Shown here: positions 47,286-56,859 of the stretch, in pieces
Layout of the letters: each line of letters begins with the position of its first letter
How positions within the stretch are numbered: position 1 is the first letter of the stretch
Source of the DNA: Bacillota bacterium
GTDB lineage: Bacteria; Bacillota; Limnochordia; Darwinibacteriales; Darwinibacteriaceae
Reading direction: 5' to 3'
Assembly: GCA_012520315.1 (NCBI GenBank)
Contig: JAAYOM010000124.1
Coordinates: 217 to 64,216 of the forward strand
Length of the DNA stretch: 64,000 nt
The notes under the pieces: generated by a model
Seen by the model: only the letters and a program-made list of their open reading frames with translations
The model's database searches: none
Told to the model about the DNA's origin: nothing
Position numbers and translations under genes: made by a program

Positions 47286-47801
47286 ATGATTTATCAAGTT
47301 CAGAAAGCAGACTTTGCAGCTGCGCTTAAAATTGTGGACTGGAATTATCCAGTCCCGTATCACGTCTATAATCTTCATGGTTCGGCCGCGGCCCTCCATC
47401 GCTTAGTACAAGGTCCATACTATTCTGTTTTTTTAGGCGGCCAGCTGATCGGTTTCTTCTGTTACGGGGAAGCAGCTCAGCTTAAAGGCAAGAAGGATCA
47501 TGATCTATATCAGGACGAGGAGTATTTAGATGTGGGTCTGGGCATGCATCCTTCCTGGTGCGGAAAGGGTCATGGACAGGCTTTCGTTTGCGCCTGCCTG
47601 CTTTTTGCCAGGCAACAGGCCTGGGGTAAAGGTTTCAGACTCACGGTGGCATCGAATAATCACAGAGCGCGCAAAGTCTATACCCGCCTCGGCTTTCAGC
47701 CGGTGGGCTGCATCCCCTGGGATTTAGAGTCTAATTCTCATTTTGAGGTAATGTCTCTCGATACTTTCGTGCCAGTTCCAGAAGTTGCTCTGGCTGATTA
47801 A
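47286..47801 (+). CDS. GNAT family N-acetyltransferase
   Basis: Acetyl-CoA motif region WCGKGHGQAFV...NHRARKVYTRLGFQPVG. Confidence 0.8.
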   Translation: MIYQVQKADFAAALKIVDWNYPVPYHVYNLHGSAAALHRLVQGPYYSVFLGGQLIGFFCYGEAAQLKGKKDHDLYQDEEYLDVGLGMHPSWCGKGHGQAFVCACLLFARQQAWGKGFRLTVASNNHRARKVYTRLGFQPVGCIPWDLESNSHFEVMSLDTFVPVPEVALAD

Positions 47802-49065
47802 GGGCGGGCTCATCCAACACCCTGTCCAACAGGTGCTGGAGTATTGCCCCTACTAGCGGCCCAGGTTCGAGCCTGAGAAACTCCATAAGATCATTGCCAT
47901 CAACACATAAGTCTTTGATTGACAAGGCCTGCTCCTGCCCTAGGATATCATTAAATCTAGCCTCCAGGGATTGCCCAAGGGCAATAATCCGGCGCGGACC
48001 CACATCCATGCCGGCCATATCTGCCTGGCGAAGTTTGACCAGCTCAAAGGCGGTTTCATAGCCTACCTGCGCCAGAAAACGGCGTATCTCCTTGTCGGAG
48101 GAGTGGGGATGGATCCCAAACATGTGGTGGGTGATGAGGGTTGAGACTTTCTGTACCAATTGATTGTCGGCCCGGAGGCGCTTGAGGATCCTTTCGGCCC
48201 ATTGAGCGCTGATTTGGGCGTGTTCCCGCCCTAGAGTCTTGATTTTGCCCACATCATGCAGCAAAGCGGCCCAGCGCAGCTGTAGGACAGGCGGGGCAAA
48301 ATGGGCTGCGGTCATAGCATGACCGAGCAGATCGTATGGATGGCTGGAACCTGGCGATACTTGGTGACCTGCAGACAGTTCGGGCAGAATCTGTTCCATT
48401 AACCCGCCGGTATAGAGGGTTTGCAGTCCCTGGAAAAGTTCCCTTCCTAAGAGTGTTTTGTTCAGCTCAGTGAATATTCTCTCTGGGCTGACGTTTGTAA
48501 TCAACCGGGCTAATCCTGGCAGGGTCAGCCTGGTTTTCTTTTCGATTCTAAATCCTAAGGTTGACTGGAAGCGAACTAGACGAAGCATGCGCAGAGGATC
48601 TTCCTGGAAACGTGAGGCAGGATCACCTACAGTGACCAGAATTTTCCTCCTGAGGTGTTTACGTCCAAAGTAGGGGTCGATGATCCGCTTGGTTTGAGGT
48701 TCATAAGCCAGGGCATTGATGGTAAAATCGCGTCTGCCCAGATCATCTTGGAGTTGGTCGGTAAGGGTAACATAATCAGGGTGTCGCCCATCGCTATATG
48801 GTCCGTCCCTGCGCATAGTGGTAATCTCGATGGCAGCACCTTCCAGCAGTACAGTTATAGTGCCGAATTCTTTGCCTGTCGGGATGGTGCGATCGAAGAT
48901 GTTTTGGATTTGTTCAGGCGCGGCGTCCGTTGTAATGTCCCAGTCGGTTGGTTTGAGGCCCAAAAGACTGTCTCGGACCGCTCCGCCTACCAAGTAGGCC
49001 TGGAAGCCGGAGCTTGACAAAATCTCACACGCTCTTTTTATTAACGGGGGAACGATAATCTGCAT
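47731..49065 (-). CDS. cca: CCA-adding tRNA nucleotidyltransferase
   Basis: AAGGAGG SD 7 nt before ATG 49065. LVGGAVRDSLLGLKPTDWDITT head domain, RRDFTINA, and a C-terminal HD-like region (LLHDVGK). Confidence 0.9.
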   Translation of the reverse strand: MQIIVPPLIKRACEILSSSGFQAYLVGGAVRDSLLGLKPTDWDITTDAAPEQIQNIFDRTIPTGKEFGTITVLLEGAAIEITTMRRDGPYSDGRHPDYVTLTDQLQDDLGRRDFTINALAYEPQTKRIIDPYFGRKHLRRKILVTVGDPASRFQEDPLRMLRLVRFQSTLGFRIEKKTRLTLPGLARLITNVSPERIFTELNKTLLGRELFQGLQTLYTGGLMEQILPELSAGHQVSPGSSHPYDLLGHAMTAAHFAPPVLQLRWAALLHDVGKIKTLGREHAQISAQWAERILKRLRADNQLVQKVSTLITHHMFGIHPHSSDKEIRRFLAQVGYETAFELVKLRQADMAGMDVGPRRIIALGQSLEARFNDILGQEQALSIKDLCVDGNDLMEFLRLEPGPLVGAILQHLLDRVLDEPALNQPEQLLELARKYRETLPQNEN

Positions 49066-49157
49066 TGCCAATCCTCCTTAGGGTACAGTGCTAATTTCGC
49101 CATATCCCTGTCCTTTTCCTATAATGCGAAGGAATGTAACCATTTGTGGGGAATTGT

Positions 49158-49940
49158 ATGCAGAGAGGGGGTGTTTGGGTGCAAGAACCGATTTCTGTCG
49201 AGTTTGGGAACTTAGTTGAAGCCACATTTCTCGAGCGCCCCAATCGATTTATTGTTCTCTGTCGCATTAATCACAGCGGCGAAAAAGCAGAAGCCCACCT
49301 TGCAGATCCCGGACGCTTGAAAGAGCTCTTGCTGCCGGGTGCCCAAATCTACTTGCGCTACGCCTTTAGGCCGGGACGCAAGACGAAGTGGTCTGTCATG
49401 TTGGTGTTGGCTCCCGACGGTGTAACTCTAGTATCCCTGCAAGCAACGATGGCAAATCGTTTAGCCGGCAGGGCGCTGGCAGCGAAAGTCATACCCGAAC
49501 TGGCAGATTGGAAAGTCATTCGGGCTGAATATACCTTGGGCAGCTCCCGCTGGGATTTTTACCTAAAAGACGGCGACAGGCAGCTGCTATTAGAGGTGAA
49601 GAGCTGCACTTTGGTTGCAGAGGGTATTGCCATGTTTCCCGACGCGGTTACTGAACGGGGCAGGCGGCATGTCCAGGAACTGACAAGGCTGAAGGAAGCA
49701 GGAGAGTTCGAAACCGCAGTGCTCTTTGTAGTCCAACGGGCCGACAGCGAAAGGTTCAGACCGGCCGCCCACATCGATCCTGCCTTTGCCGAGGCTTTGC
49801 AGAACGCATATGACCGGGGGGTCAAAGTAATGGTGTACAATGCCTGCGTTGACTTGAACGGCATACGTTGGGGAAAAAGACTTCTGATCGATTTTTCCAA
49901 GGAGGTTGGCTATGGTTTCCACCATCTTTACGCAGACTAA
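49158..49940 (+). CDS. sfsA: sugar fermentation stimulation protein SfsA (nuclease-fold DNA-binding protein)
   Basis: ...ATFLERPNRFIV...AHLADPGRLKELL...LLEVKSCTL...FPDAVTERGRRHV..L matches the SfsA pattern. The start could be GTG 49179. Confidence 0.85.
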   Translation: MQRGGVWVQEPISVEFGNLVEATFLERPNRFIVLCRINHSGEKAEAHLADPGRLKELLLPGAQIYLRYAFRPGRKTKWSVMLVLAPDGVTLVSLQATMANRLAGRALAAKVIPELADWKVIRAEYTLGSSRWDFYLKDGDRQLLLEVKSCTLVAEGIAMFPDAVTERGRRHVQELTRLKEAGEFETAVLFVVQRADSERFRPAAHIDPAFAEALQNAYDRGVKVMVYNACVDLNGIRWGKRLLIDFSKEVGYGFHHLYAD

Positions 49941-50889
49941 TATTGCTGTAATCTGGGATTTTGACAAAACCTTGATTCCAAGTTACATGCAAGAGCCCTT
50001 GTTTAAACATTATAATGTTGACGGACGCACTTTCTGGCGCGAGGTAAACTCACTGCCCAAACATCTGACGCGCAATGGACAAGAAATGGTAGCCGAGGAC
50101 AGCATTTATTTGAACCACATCTTAACCTATGTTCGGGCTGGAATCTTCAAGGGACTGAATAACAAACTGTTACGTGAACTAGGTAGTCAGCTGGATTTTT
50201 ATCCGGGACTGCCGGAATTTTTCCAGGCTGTAAAAGACCATGTAGCAAGAAATCCTGTATTCAGCAAGTACGATATCAAAGTCGAGCACTATATAGTCAG
50301 CACAGGGCTCAGGCAGATGATTCTGGGAAGCAAGATCGCTGAATACACAGATGGAATCTGGGCCTGTGAGTTTGTAGAAAAAAGGCTGCCGCCGGGATAT
50401 TTAAAACACGGCATACCGGAACAAGAAGAGGACGAAGTCACAATTCAGGATATCAGCTATATAATCGACAACACAACTAAGACCCGGGCCCTGTTTGAGA
50501 TTAACAAAGGTGTAAACAAGATTAGGGAAATAGATGTCAACACAAATATTCCGCGCGAGGATCGCAGAATTCCATTCCAAAACATGATTTATATAGCTGA
50601 TGGTCCGAGCGACATTCCTGTTTTTTCTCTTGTGAATCAAAACGGGGGAAGAACTTTTGGAGTCTATGCCAAAGGATCGAAGGAAGAATTCGCCCAAGTT
50701 AACGAGCTTCAGAAACAAGGCCGGGTTCATTCCTTTGGCGAAGCCAACTACGAGCCTAATACACAGACCTATATGTGGATTATGAATGCGGTGGACGAGA
50801 TTGCAGGTTCTATTGTAAAAAACCGAGAGTGGCTGCTGAAAAATAGAACCGGCGAGTCTCCGCGACACCTAAACGAACAGGGGGAATAG
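49912..50889 (+). CDS. HAD-superfamily hydrolase-like protein (large cap)
   Basis: GGAGG SD 6 nt before ATG 49912. Motif I WDFDKTL (DxDxT), motif II IVSTG, motif IV IYIADGPSDIP. Overlaps the sfsA end by 29 nt. Confidence 0.65.
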   Translation: MVSTIFTQTNIAVIWDFDKTLIPSYMQEPLFKHYNVDGRTFWREVNSLPKHLTRNGQEMVAEDSIYLNHILTYVRAGIFKGLNNKLLRELGSQLDFYPGLPEFFQAVKDHVARNPVFSKYDIKVEHYIVSTGLRQMILGSKIAEYTDGIWACEFVEKRLPPGYLKHGIPEQEEDEVTIQDISYIIDNTTKTRALFEINKGVNKIREIDVNTNIPREDRRIPFQNMIYIADGPSDIPVFSLVNQNGGRTFGVYAKGSKEEFAQVNELQKQGRVHSFGEANYEPNTQTYMWIMNAVDEIAGSIVKNREWLLKNRTGESPRHLNEQGE

Positions 50890-50891
50890 GG

Positions 50892-51842
50892 GTGAAAAAC
50901 CTTCTAGAACAGTGGGGTCCCCAGTTTGCCTCAGCTGTGCCTCAGCCTTTAAGGGACGGGGTGTGGCAGCTGAAACTGGATACTCAATCCTATATTCTCA
51001 AGCGCAGGTCAAATCGTACACGAGTTGGGGAAGAGTATAGGTTACTGCAGTGGCTGGCCGAACATGGACAGCCCATTTCGCAACTGATCTGTACCAGGGC
51101 AGGAGTCCCCTGGGCAGAACAGCAAGGATCATTTTATGTGCTCTATCCATACTTGACTGGAACGCCAGGCGATGAGCTTGATTTGTTTGGACAGTCACTG
51201 GCTGGGGAGATGGGTTCTGCCTTGGCCAGGCTGCATCAGGCTTTGGCCGCTTATGGGGCGAGTCACGAGTTTCCAGACTTCAATCTGTTCAACAAAGTGT
51301 CGAGCTATGCATGGCCAGCGGTGCAAGGCTATTCCTCAGTGAAGTTTTCTGATCGCCTGCAGGGAATCCAACATGCCATCAGTGCCCATCTTGTAAATCC
51401 CTACGAGGCTCTGCCCCGTCAACTGATTCACAGAGATTTTCACCCTGGCAATCTCCTCTTCACACAGGGAGAGCTTGCGGGAATCCTGGACTTTGATCGT
51501 GTGCGAATTGGCATTCGCCTTTTTGATCTGTGCTATCTGGCTACGGCTGTGTTGAGCAGCAGTTTCGGAGATCCCAAGAAACGAGAAGAGTGGCCTGGCT
51601 TTGTTAGGGAAATGATTAGTGGTTATGGCAGCGTGGAAAAACTGGAGAGAACTGAAAGCTACGTATTTCTGTACGTCATTTACTTGATTCAGCTTCTTTT
51701 CACCGCTTATTATCTAGACGAAGGAAACACGAAGTTGGCCGATTCTAATCTGGCAGTGCTCTTTTGGATTCATGATCAGCATGACTATTTGGAGCCCCTG
51801 ATTGAAAAAGCAGTAGGGGAAAGCAGGGGCGTTGACAGGTGA
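50892..51842 (+). CDS. APH/choline-kinase-fold phosphotransferase
   Basis: Brenner motif LIHRDFHPGNLLF and Mg-binding ILDFD. Starts 2 nt after the HAD gene stop. Confidence 0.8.
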   Translation: MKNLLEQWGPQFASAVPQPLRDGVWQLKLDTQSYILKRRSNRTRVGEEYRLLQWLAEHGQPISQLICTRAGVPWAEQQGSFYVLYPYLTGTPGDELDLFGQSLAGEMGSALARLHQALAAYGASHEFPDFNLFNKVSSYAWPAVQGYSSVKFSDRLQGIQHAISAHLVNPYEALPRQLIHRDFHPGNLLFTQGELAGILDFDRVRIGIRLFDLCYLATAVLSSSFGDPKKREEWPGFVREMISGYGSVEKLERTESYVFLYVIYLIQLLFTAYYLDEGNTKLADSNLAVLFWIHDQHDYLEPLIEKAVGESRGVDR

Positions 51843-53011
51843 AGAGGGGAGAAGAGTTGGAAGTTTTACTAAGTGAAATCGTGCAGGGGCAGCTCATTGC
51901 CGGTACTCTAAGCAAACCTCGCAGCAAGGACACCCCTTACCACAAGGTCTCAGTGCGCCCGTTGAAGCTCGGGGAGCGTGTGGTCTGTCAACTAACCTAT
52001 CATTACCCCCATAAGGTAATCCATGAAAATCTGCCCTTTCAGGAGACAAGTCGGCGGATTGACGAGCTTCTGAAGGGAGTTTTTCGGCAAGGCCACTTCT
52101 TTACTGTACTGGCCGACTGGCAGGTCTTGGTGAGTAAAAGAGGTGTCTTGAAAGTGCTGCGGCGCACACCTTCCCGCACCGAACAAGACCTAGACTTGAA
52201 GCATAACAGATCTAAACAGCATATTTTGCAGGAAGGGACTCCCTATCCCTTCCTGGTTGAGCTGGGAGTTATGAACTCTGTCGGCAAAGTCTTGGCCAAG
52301 CGTTATCATAAGTTCCGGCAGCTGAACAGGTACTTAGAAGTCATCGAAGATTGTCTACCCCATCTGCAGCATAACCAGGGGCGCCCTTTGCAGATCGTTG
52401 ATTTTGGCAGCGGCAAAGCCTATCTTACCTTCGCGCTGTACCACTACTTGGTGGAGCATCTGAAGCTGAATGTGCGAATTATAGGTTTGGATCTCAAAGA
52501 AGATGTAGTGGATTTTTGCAATAAAACGGCTGCCAGACTCAACTTTGAACACCTGCAGTTCCACCACCAGGACATTAAGGACTTTCATGCCCAGGGTCAG
52601 ATCGATGTTGTGGTGTCGCTGCACGCTTGCGATGTGGCAACTGACTATGCGTTGGCCCAGGCGGTAAAATGGGGTGCCAAAGTGATCCTTGCCGTCCCCT
52701 GCTGCCAGCATGAAGTGCTGAGGCAGTTAGACCAAAGACCCAACCCCGTGCTCTTGGAGCATGGGATACTAAAAGAGAGGGTGGCGGCCTTGATAACAGA
52801 TGCTGCCAGGGCCAAACTGTTAGAGACGGAAGGTTATACGGTGCAGGTTATGGAGTTCATTGATCTGGAGCATACCCCGAAGAACTTACTGATTCGTGCC
52901 TTTCTGGAAGCTCAGAACCGGGGGGTCAATGCCCGCAAGGAATACTTTCAGTTCAAGGAGTTTTGGGGCATTGCACCAACCCTAGAGCGTCTTTTGGCCG
53001 AGGACAGTTGA
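51839..53011 (+). CDS. class-I SAM-dependent methyltransferase with an N-terminal extension domain
   Basis: Motif I IVDFGSGKAYLTFALY, acidic loop IGLDLK, post-II VVSLHACD. GTGA overlap with the kinase gene. Confidence 0.75.
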   Translation: MKRGEELEVLLSEIVQGQLIAGTLSKPRSKDTPYHKVSVRPLKLGERVVCQLTYHYPHKVIHENLPFQETSRRIDELLKGVFRQGHFFTVLADWQVLVSKRGVLKVLRRTPSRTEQDLDLKHNRSKQHILQEGTPYPFLVELGVMNSVGKVLAKRYHKFRQLNRYLEVIEDCLPHLQHNQGRPLQIVDFGSGKAYLTFALYHYLVEHLKLNVRIIGLDLKEDVVDFCNKTAARLNFEHLQFHHQDIKDFHAQGQIDVVVSLHACDVATDYALAQAVKWGAKVILAVPCCQHEVLRQLDQRPNPVLLEHGILKERVAALITDAARAKLLETEGYTVQVMEFIDLEHTPKNLLIRAFLEAQNRGVNARKEYFQFKEFWGIAPTLERLLAEDS

Positions 53012-53063
53012 CAGTGGCTGTGGTTGTGCTAAAGTGGATTAGAAGGAAACAATAGGAGAGGAT

Positions 53064-54737
53064 ATGCTGATGGATACGAACACGAACGTCCCATCTAACT
53101 TTATAAGAGATATCATCGATGAGGACTTGGCAAGCGGCAAACACAAGGCCGTTGTTACACGCTTTCCGCCTGAACCCAATGGCTATCTGCATATTGGACA
53201 TGCCAAATCGATTTGCTTGAATTTTGGCATTGCTAAGGACTATAATGGCACTTGTCATCTGCGCTTTGATGACACAAACCCGGAGAAAGAAGAGACAGAG
53301 TATATCGAGAGCATTATGGAGGATGTGCACTGGCTCGGTTTCGACTGGGGCGACCATCTGTACTTCGCTTCAGACTACTTCGAGCAACTCTACAACTTCG
53401 CGGTGGAGTTGATTAAACAGGGCAAAGCTTATGTCTGTGATTTGAGTCCCGAAGAGATTCGCGCCTATCGCGGCACTTTGACTGAACCTGGAAAAGACAG
53501 CCCCTATCGCGATCGTTCTGTGGAAGAAAACTTGGATCTCTTTGAGAGAATGAAGGCAGGGGAGTTTGAAGAAGGAAGCCGGGTCTTGAGGGCTAAAATC
53601 GATATGACCTCACCCAACATTGTGATGCGGGATCCTACATTATATAGAATCCGCAAGGTTGCTCATCACCGTACCGGCGACGAGTGGTGCATCTACCCCA
53701 TGTACGATTTCACCCATTGTCTTTCCGACGCCATTGAGAACATTACCCACTCCATTTGCACTTTGGAATTTGAGAATAACCGGGCCCTTTATGACTGGAT
53801 TTTAGAGCAGGTCTATCCTGAGCCCCATCCCCAGCAGATTGAGTTTGCACGCTTGAGTTTGACTTATACGATGATGAGCAAGCGAAAACTTCTGCAGCTG
53901 GTGGAACAGGGAGTTGTAACGGGTTGGGATGATCCGCGCATGCCGACACTTTCAGGGTTGCGCAGACGCGGTTATACCCCTGCCGCCATCAGAGATTTTG
54001 CAGAACGGATCGGTGTATCCAAGGCGAACAGCACTGTTGATCATGCGTTTTTAGAGCATTGCCTGCGGGAAGACTTGAATAAGACCTCCCCGCGCACTAT
54101 GGGCGTTTTACGTCCCTTAAAGGTAGTAATTGAAAACTATCCAGAAGGTCAAGTAGAGTATCTTGAGGCTTTGAACAATCCTCAGGATCCGGATTCTGGC
54201 ACTCGCCTAATCCCCTTTGGCCGTGAGATCTACATTGAACAAGAAGACTTTATGATCGATCCTCCGAAAAAGTTCTTCCGTCTTGCTCCAGGGCGCGAGG
54301 TGCGCTTGCGTTTTGCGTACTTTATAACCTGCACTGAAGTGATCAAGGACGATGAGGGCAACATCATAGAACTGCGGGCGACCTATGATCCTGAGACCAA
54401 GGGCGGATCTGCACCTGATGGACGCAAGGTTAAGGCCACATTGCATTGGGTTGCGGCTGAACATTCCCTCCCCGCTGAAGTGCGCCTCTACGACCACCTC
54501 TTTAAGGTAGAAGACCCCAGTGTCGGGGATCTGGAGGACAACTTGAATCCAGATTCTTTAGTGGTGCTGACCGATTCCAGAGTTGAGCTGAATCTCAAGG
54601 ATGTTAAACCGGGAGATAAGTTTCAGTTCGAACGCCAAGGCTATTTCTGTGTTGATCTTGATTCAAAACCAGATCGATTGGTCTTCAATCGAACAGTACC
54701 CTTGCGGGACACCTGGTCAAAGGTGAAAGGCAAGTAA
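53064..54737 (+). CDS. glnS: glutamine--tRNA ligase
   Basis: [17 protein letters not shown] (HIGH) and TMMSKRKL (KMSKS). 557 aa, GlnRS-like C-terminal beta-barrels. Confidence 0.95.
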   Translation: MLMDTNTNVPSNFIRDIIDEDLASGKHKAVVTRFPPEPNGYLHIGHAKSICLNFGIAKDYNGTCHLRFDDTNPEKEETEYIESIMEDVHWLGFDWGDHLYFASDYFEQLYNFAVELIKQGKAYVCDLSPEEIRAYRGTLTEPGKDSPYRDRSVEENLDLFERMKAGEFEEGSRVLRAKIDMTSPNIVMRDPTLYRIRKVAHHRTGDEWCIYPMYDFTHCLSDAIENITHSICTLEFENNRALYDWILEQVYPEPHPQQIEFARLSLTYTMMSKRKLLQLVEQGVVTGWDDPRMPTLSGLRRRGYTPAAIRDFAERIGVSKANSTVDHAFLEHCLREDLNKTSPRTMGVLRPLKVVIENYPEGQVEYLEALNNPQDPDSGTRLIPFGREIYIEQEDFMIDPPKKFFRLAPGREVRLRFAYFITCTEVIKDDEGNIIELRATYDPETKGGSAPDGRKVKATLHWVAAEHSLPAEVRLYDHLFKVEDPSVGDLEDNLNPDSLVVLTDSRVELNLKDVKPGDKFQFERQGYFCVDLDSKPDRLVFNRTVPLRDTWSKVKGK

Positions 54738-54750
54738 TGGCAGAGAGAAG

Positions 54751-54786
54751 GCCCACGGTTCAACCGAACTGTGGGCACTTTTTTAG
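54751..54786. terminator. rho-independent terminator between glnS and luxS
   Basis: GCCCACGGTT-caaccg-AACTGTGGGC followed by ACTTTTTTA. Confidence 0.85.
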
Positions 54787-55235
54787 GCGTATTTTTCCTG
54801 TAAGCCTCGTTGTACTTCTAATGCATATTCTTGTGCGCCAAAGAGCGAAAGGTCACGATAGTTGCCGCATTGGACGGCACTGCGGGCGGGAACACTGTCA
54901 GCTTGCAGCACTTTGGTTAAAGCGCTAATCAAGGCTTCGGCCACTTCAGCCTCCGGGGCTTCGCCCAGGCGGATTAAGTAAAACCCTGTACGACAGCCCA
55001 TGGGCGAAAGATCAATAATGTCTGTCAGCTCTTCCCGCAGATACCCCGCCAAGAGGTGTTCTAAGGCGTGGACTGCCCCCGTGGGCATAATGTTTTCATT
55101 CGGCTGGGTAAAGCGAAGATCATACTTCGTAATCACATCGCCTCCCGGCGTTGTAAACACTTCTGCCTGGCGTATATAGGGCGCCTGAACTTTGGTATGA
55201 TCGAGGGAGAAACTCTCGACTTTAATCGTGGTCAT
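54783..55235 (-). CDS. luxS: S-ribosylhomocysteine lyase
   Basis: GGAGGTGG SD. HALEHLLAGY (HxxEH) and PMGCRTGFY metal-ligand motifs. Confidence 0.95.
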   Translation of the reverse strand: MTTIKVESFSLDHTKVQAPYIRQAEVFTTPGGDVITKYDLRFTQPNENIMPTGAVHALEHLLAGYLREELTDIIDLSPMGCRTGFYLIRLGEAPEAEVAEALISALTKVLQADSVPARSAVQCGNYRDLSLFGAQEYALEVQRGLQEKYA

Positions 55236-55302
55236 AAAGCCACCTCCATTGTTTTAGTCCAACCCTTTCCTGAATATACATGGGAGGAAAGGGGGGCGAA
55301 CT

Positions 55303-56040
55303 GTGTCTCGATGCTGGTTTTTAGTGTTACACAAGCGCCAGATCTGCTATGTGCTGTTGGCTCTGGGCTTGGTGGTGCTGCTGTCTATCTACAGCTCATA
55401 TCCTCTTGGCATGCATACCCTCAGCCTAATCGACCAAGACGTCATTTTTGATGTAATGCTTGACCCAGGACATGGGGGAATTGACCCTGGTGCCATTGGG
55501 GCAGGCGACATCTATGAGAAGCATTATGTCCTTGACATAGTGCTGCAAATGGCCGAAATTCTGCGTTCCCAGGGCCTAAGCGTCGGACTTACCAGGGACA
55601 GTGACCGTGATGTAAGTCACCTGGTCAGTGAAGGAACTCGCCATCGCAGAGATCTGCTCGGGCGTTTCAAGCTGATGAATCAAGCCCGTTTAGGAATGAG
55701 CGTTCATGCTAATGCCACCAAGAACAAAGAGGAATCAGGGGCCCTCGTATTTTACATGAAAGACAAGTACTTGGACGAAATCTATGCTACACTGGTCATA
55801 GAAGAGTTGGCTAAAGTGCAGGTGCTTAACGAATCTCGTCCCCTGCCCCGTACCACGCTCTTGCTGCCTAAGGCTAAACCGCCGGTGGTGCTGGTAGAGG
55901 TAGGATTTATGTCTAATCCTGCAGACCTCGAAAAACTCGGCGACCCTCGGTTTCGAACCAGTGTGGCTCATGCTCTCTGCGCAGGAATCATGCGCTTTCT
56001 AGAGTGGCGTGAAGGCGAGCAAAGTGAGTCTAGTCCTTAA
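55303..56040 (+). CDS. cwlD: N-acetylmuramoyl-L-alanine amidase, CwlD-type (spore cortex)
   Basis: N-terminal TM then LDPGHGGIDPGA, SVHANA and VEVGFMSNPADLEKL (amidase_3). Confidence 0.8.
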   Translation: MSRCWFLVLHKRQICYVLLALGLVVLLSIYSSYPLGMHTLSLIDQDVIFDVMLDPGHGGIDPGAIGAGDIYEKHYVLDIVLQMAEILRSQGLSVGLTRDSDRDVSHLVSEGTRHRRDLLGRFKLMNQARLGMSVHANATKNKEESGALVFYMKDKYLDEIYATLVIEELAKVQVLNESRPLPRTTLLLPKAKPPVVLVEVGFMSNPADLEKLGDPRFRTSVAHALCAGIMRFLEWREGEQSESSP

Positions 56041-56746
56041 GTAGGCTCAGGAGCTTGTGAATAACCTTGTTCAAGACGGGTATAACATCGAGAAGATACT
56101 GGTCGAAGTCATGGGGGGCAGTGTTATCTGCCTGATCAGAGATGGCCCGCATGATCAGGTGGGGGATCCTATTAATGCTTGCCACATGTGCGATGGCTGC
56201 ACCCTCCATTTCGACACACATTGCGTCAGGAAAGTAAGTCAGAATCTCCTGTTTTTGTTCCAGGGAGCTGACGAACTGATCTCCTGAAACGATCAGCCCG
56301 CGGTGAATCCGTTCAGATGACAGTTCATCCCGTGCTGCCTGAGCAGCTGCCTCGAGCAAGTCATAATCCGCCTTGAAACTGCTCGTCTCCAGCCTGGGGA
56401 TTACCCCCTTGGCATAGCCGAAATTGCGCACATCAAAGTCATGCTGAATCGACGTGGAGCCAAGGACTAAGTCGCCGATGCGAACTTGAGGGCTGAGTCC
56501 GCCGGCGACACCGCTGTTCAAAATGAAAGACGGCTGATAATGGTCAATCACAAATTGTGTTGCCAGCGCCGCATGTACTTTGCCAATTCCGCACCGGACA
56601 ACAACGACCTTTTTGTTGCCGAACAGGCCGGTGTAAACAGGCATATCTTGAAGCAGGGAGCCTTCCTGGGATGCCGCAGTTAAGGATTGACTCAAACTTG
56701 CTACTTCTTCATCCATTGCTCCAATGATCGCAATGTGTCTATCCAT
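56030..56746 (-). CDS. mtnN: 5'-methylthioadenosine/S-adenosylhomocysteine nucleosidase
   Basis: GGGAGGTG SD before ATG 56746. [22 protein letters not shown] and VEMEGAAIA motifs. Confidence 0.9.
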   Translation of the reverse strand: MDRHIAIIGAMDEEVASLSQSLTAASQEGSLLQDMPVYTGLFGNKKVVVVRCGIGKVHAALATQFVIDHYQPSFILNSGVAGGLSPQVRIGDLVLGSTSIQHDFDVRNFGYAKGVIPRLETSSFKADYDLLEAAAQAARDELSSERIHRGLIVSGDQFVSSLEQKQEILTYFPDAMCVEMEGAAIAHVASINRIPHLIMRAISDQADNTAPHDFDQYLLDVIPVLNKVIHKLLSLLKD

Positions 56747-56859
56747 ACAGATCACCTCCCATCCAGTCTATCATAAAGGCTTTGCAGAGGGAAGGTAACC
56801 AAAGCTCCCTGTCGTATTCTTATATGATCGAAGTTTTATATCGAGGAGATGACCCAATC

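Noticed and set aside
50401-50868. 155-aa minus-strand ORF.
   Set aside because: Antisense to the HAD-like gene, which carries the DxDxT and GDxxxD-type motifs. No SD.
54737-54928. 63-aa plus-strand ORF starting at the glnS stop.
   Set aside because: It spans the glnS/luxS terminator hairpin and then runs antisense to luxS. There is no SD.
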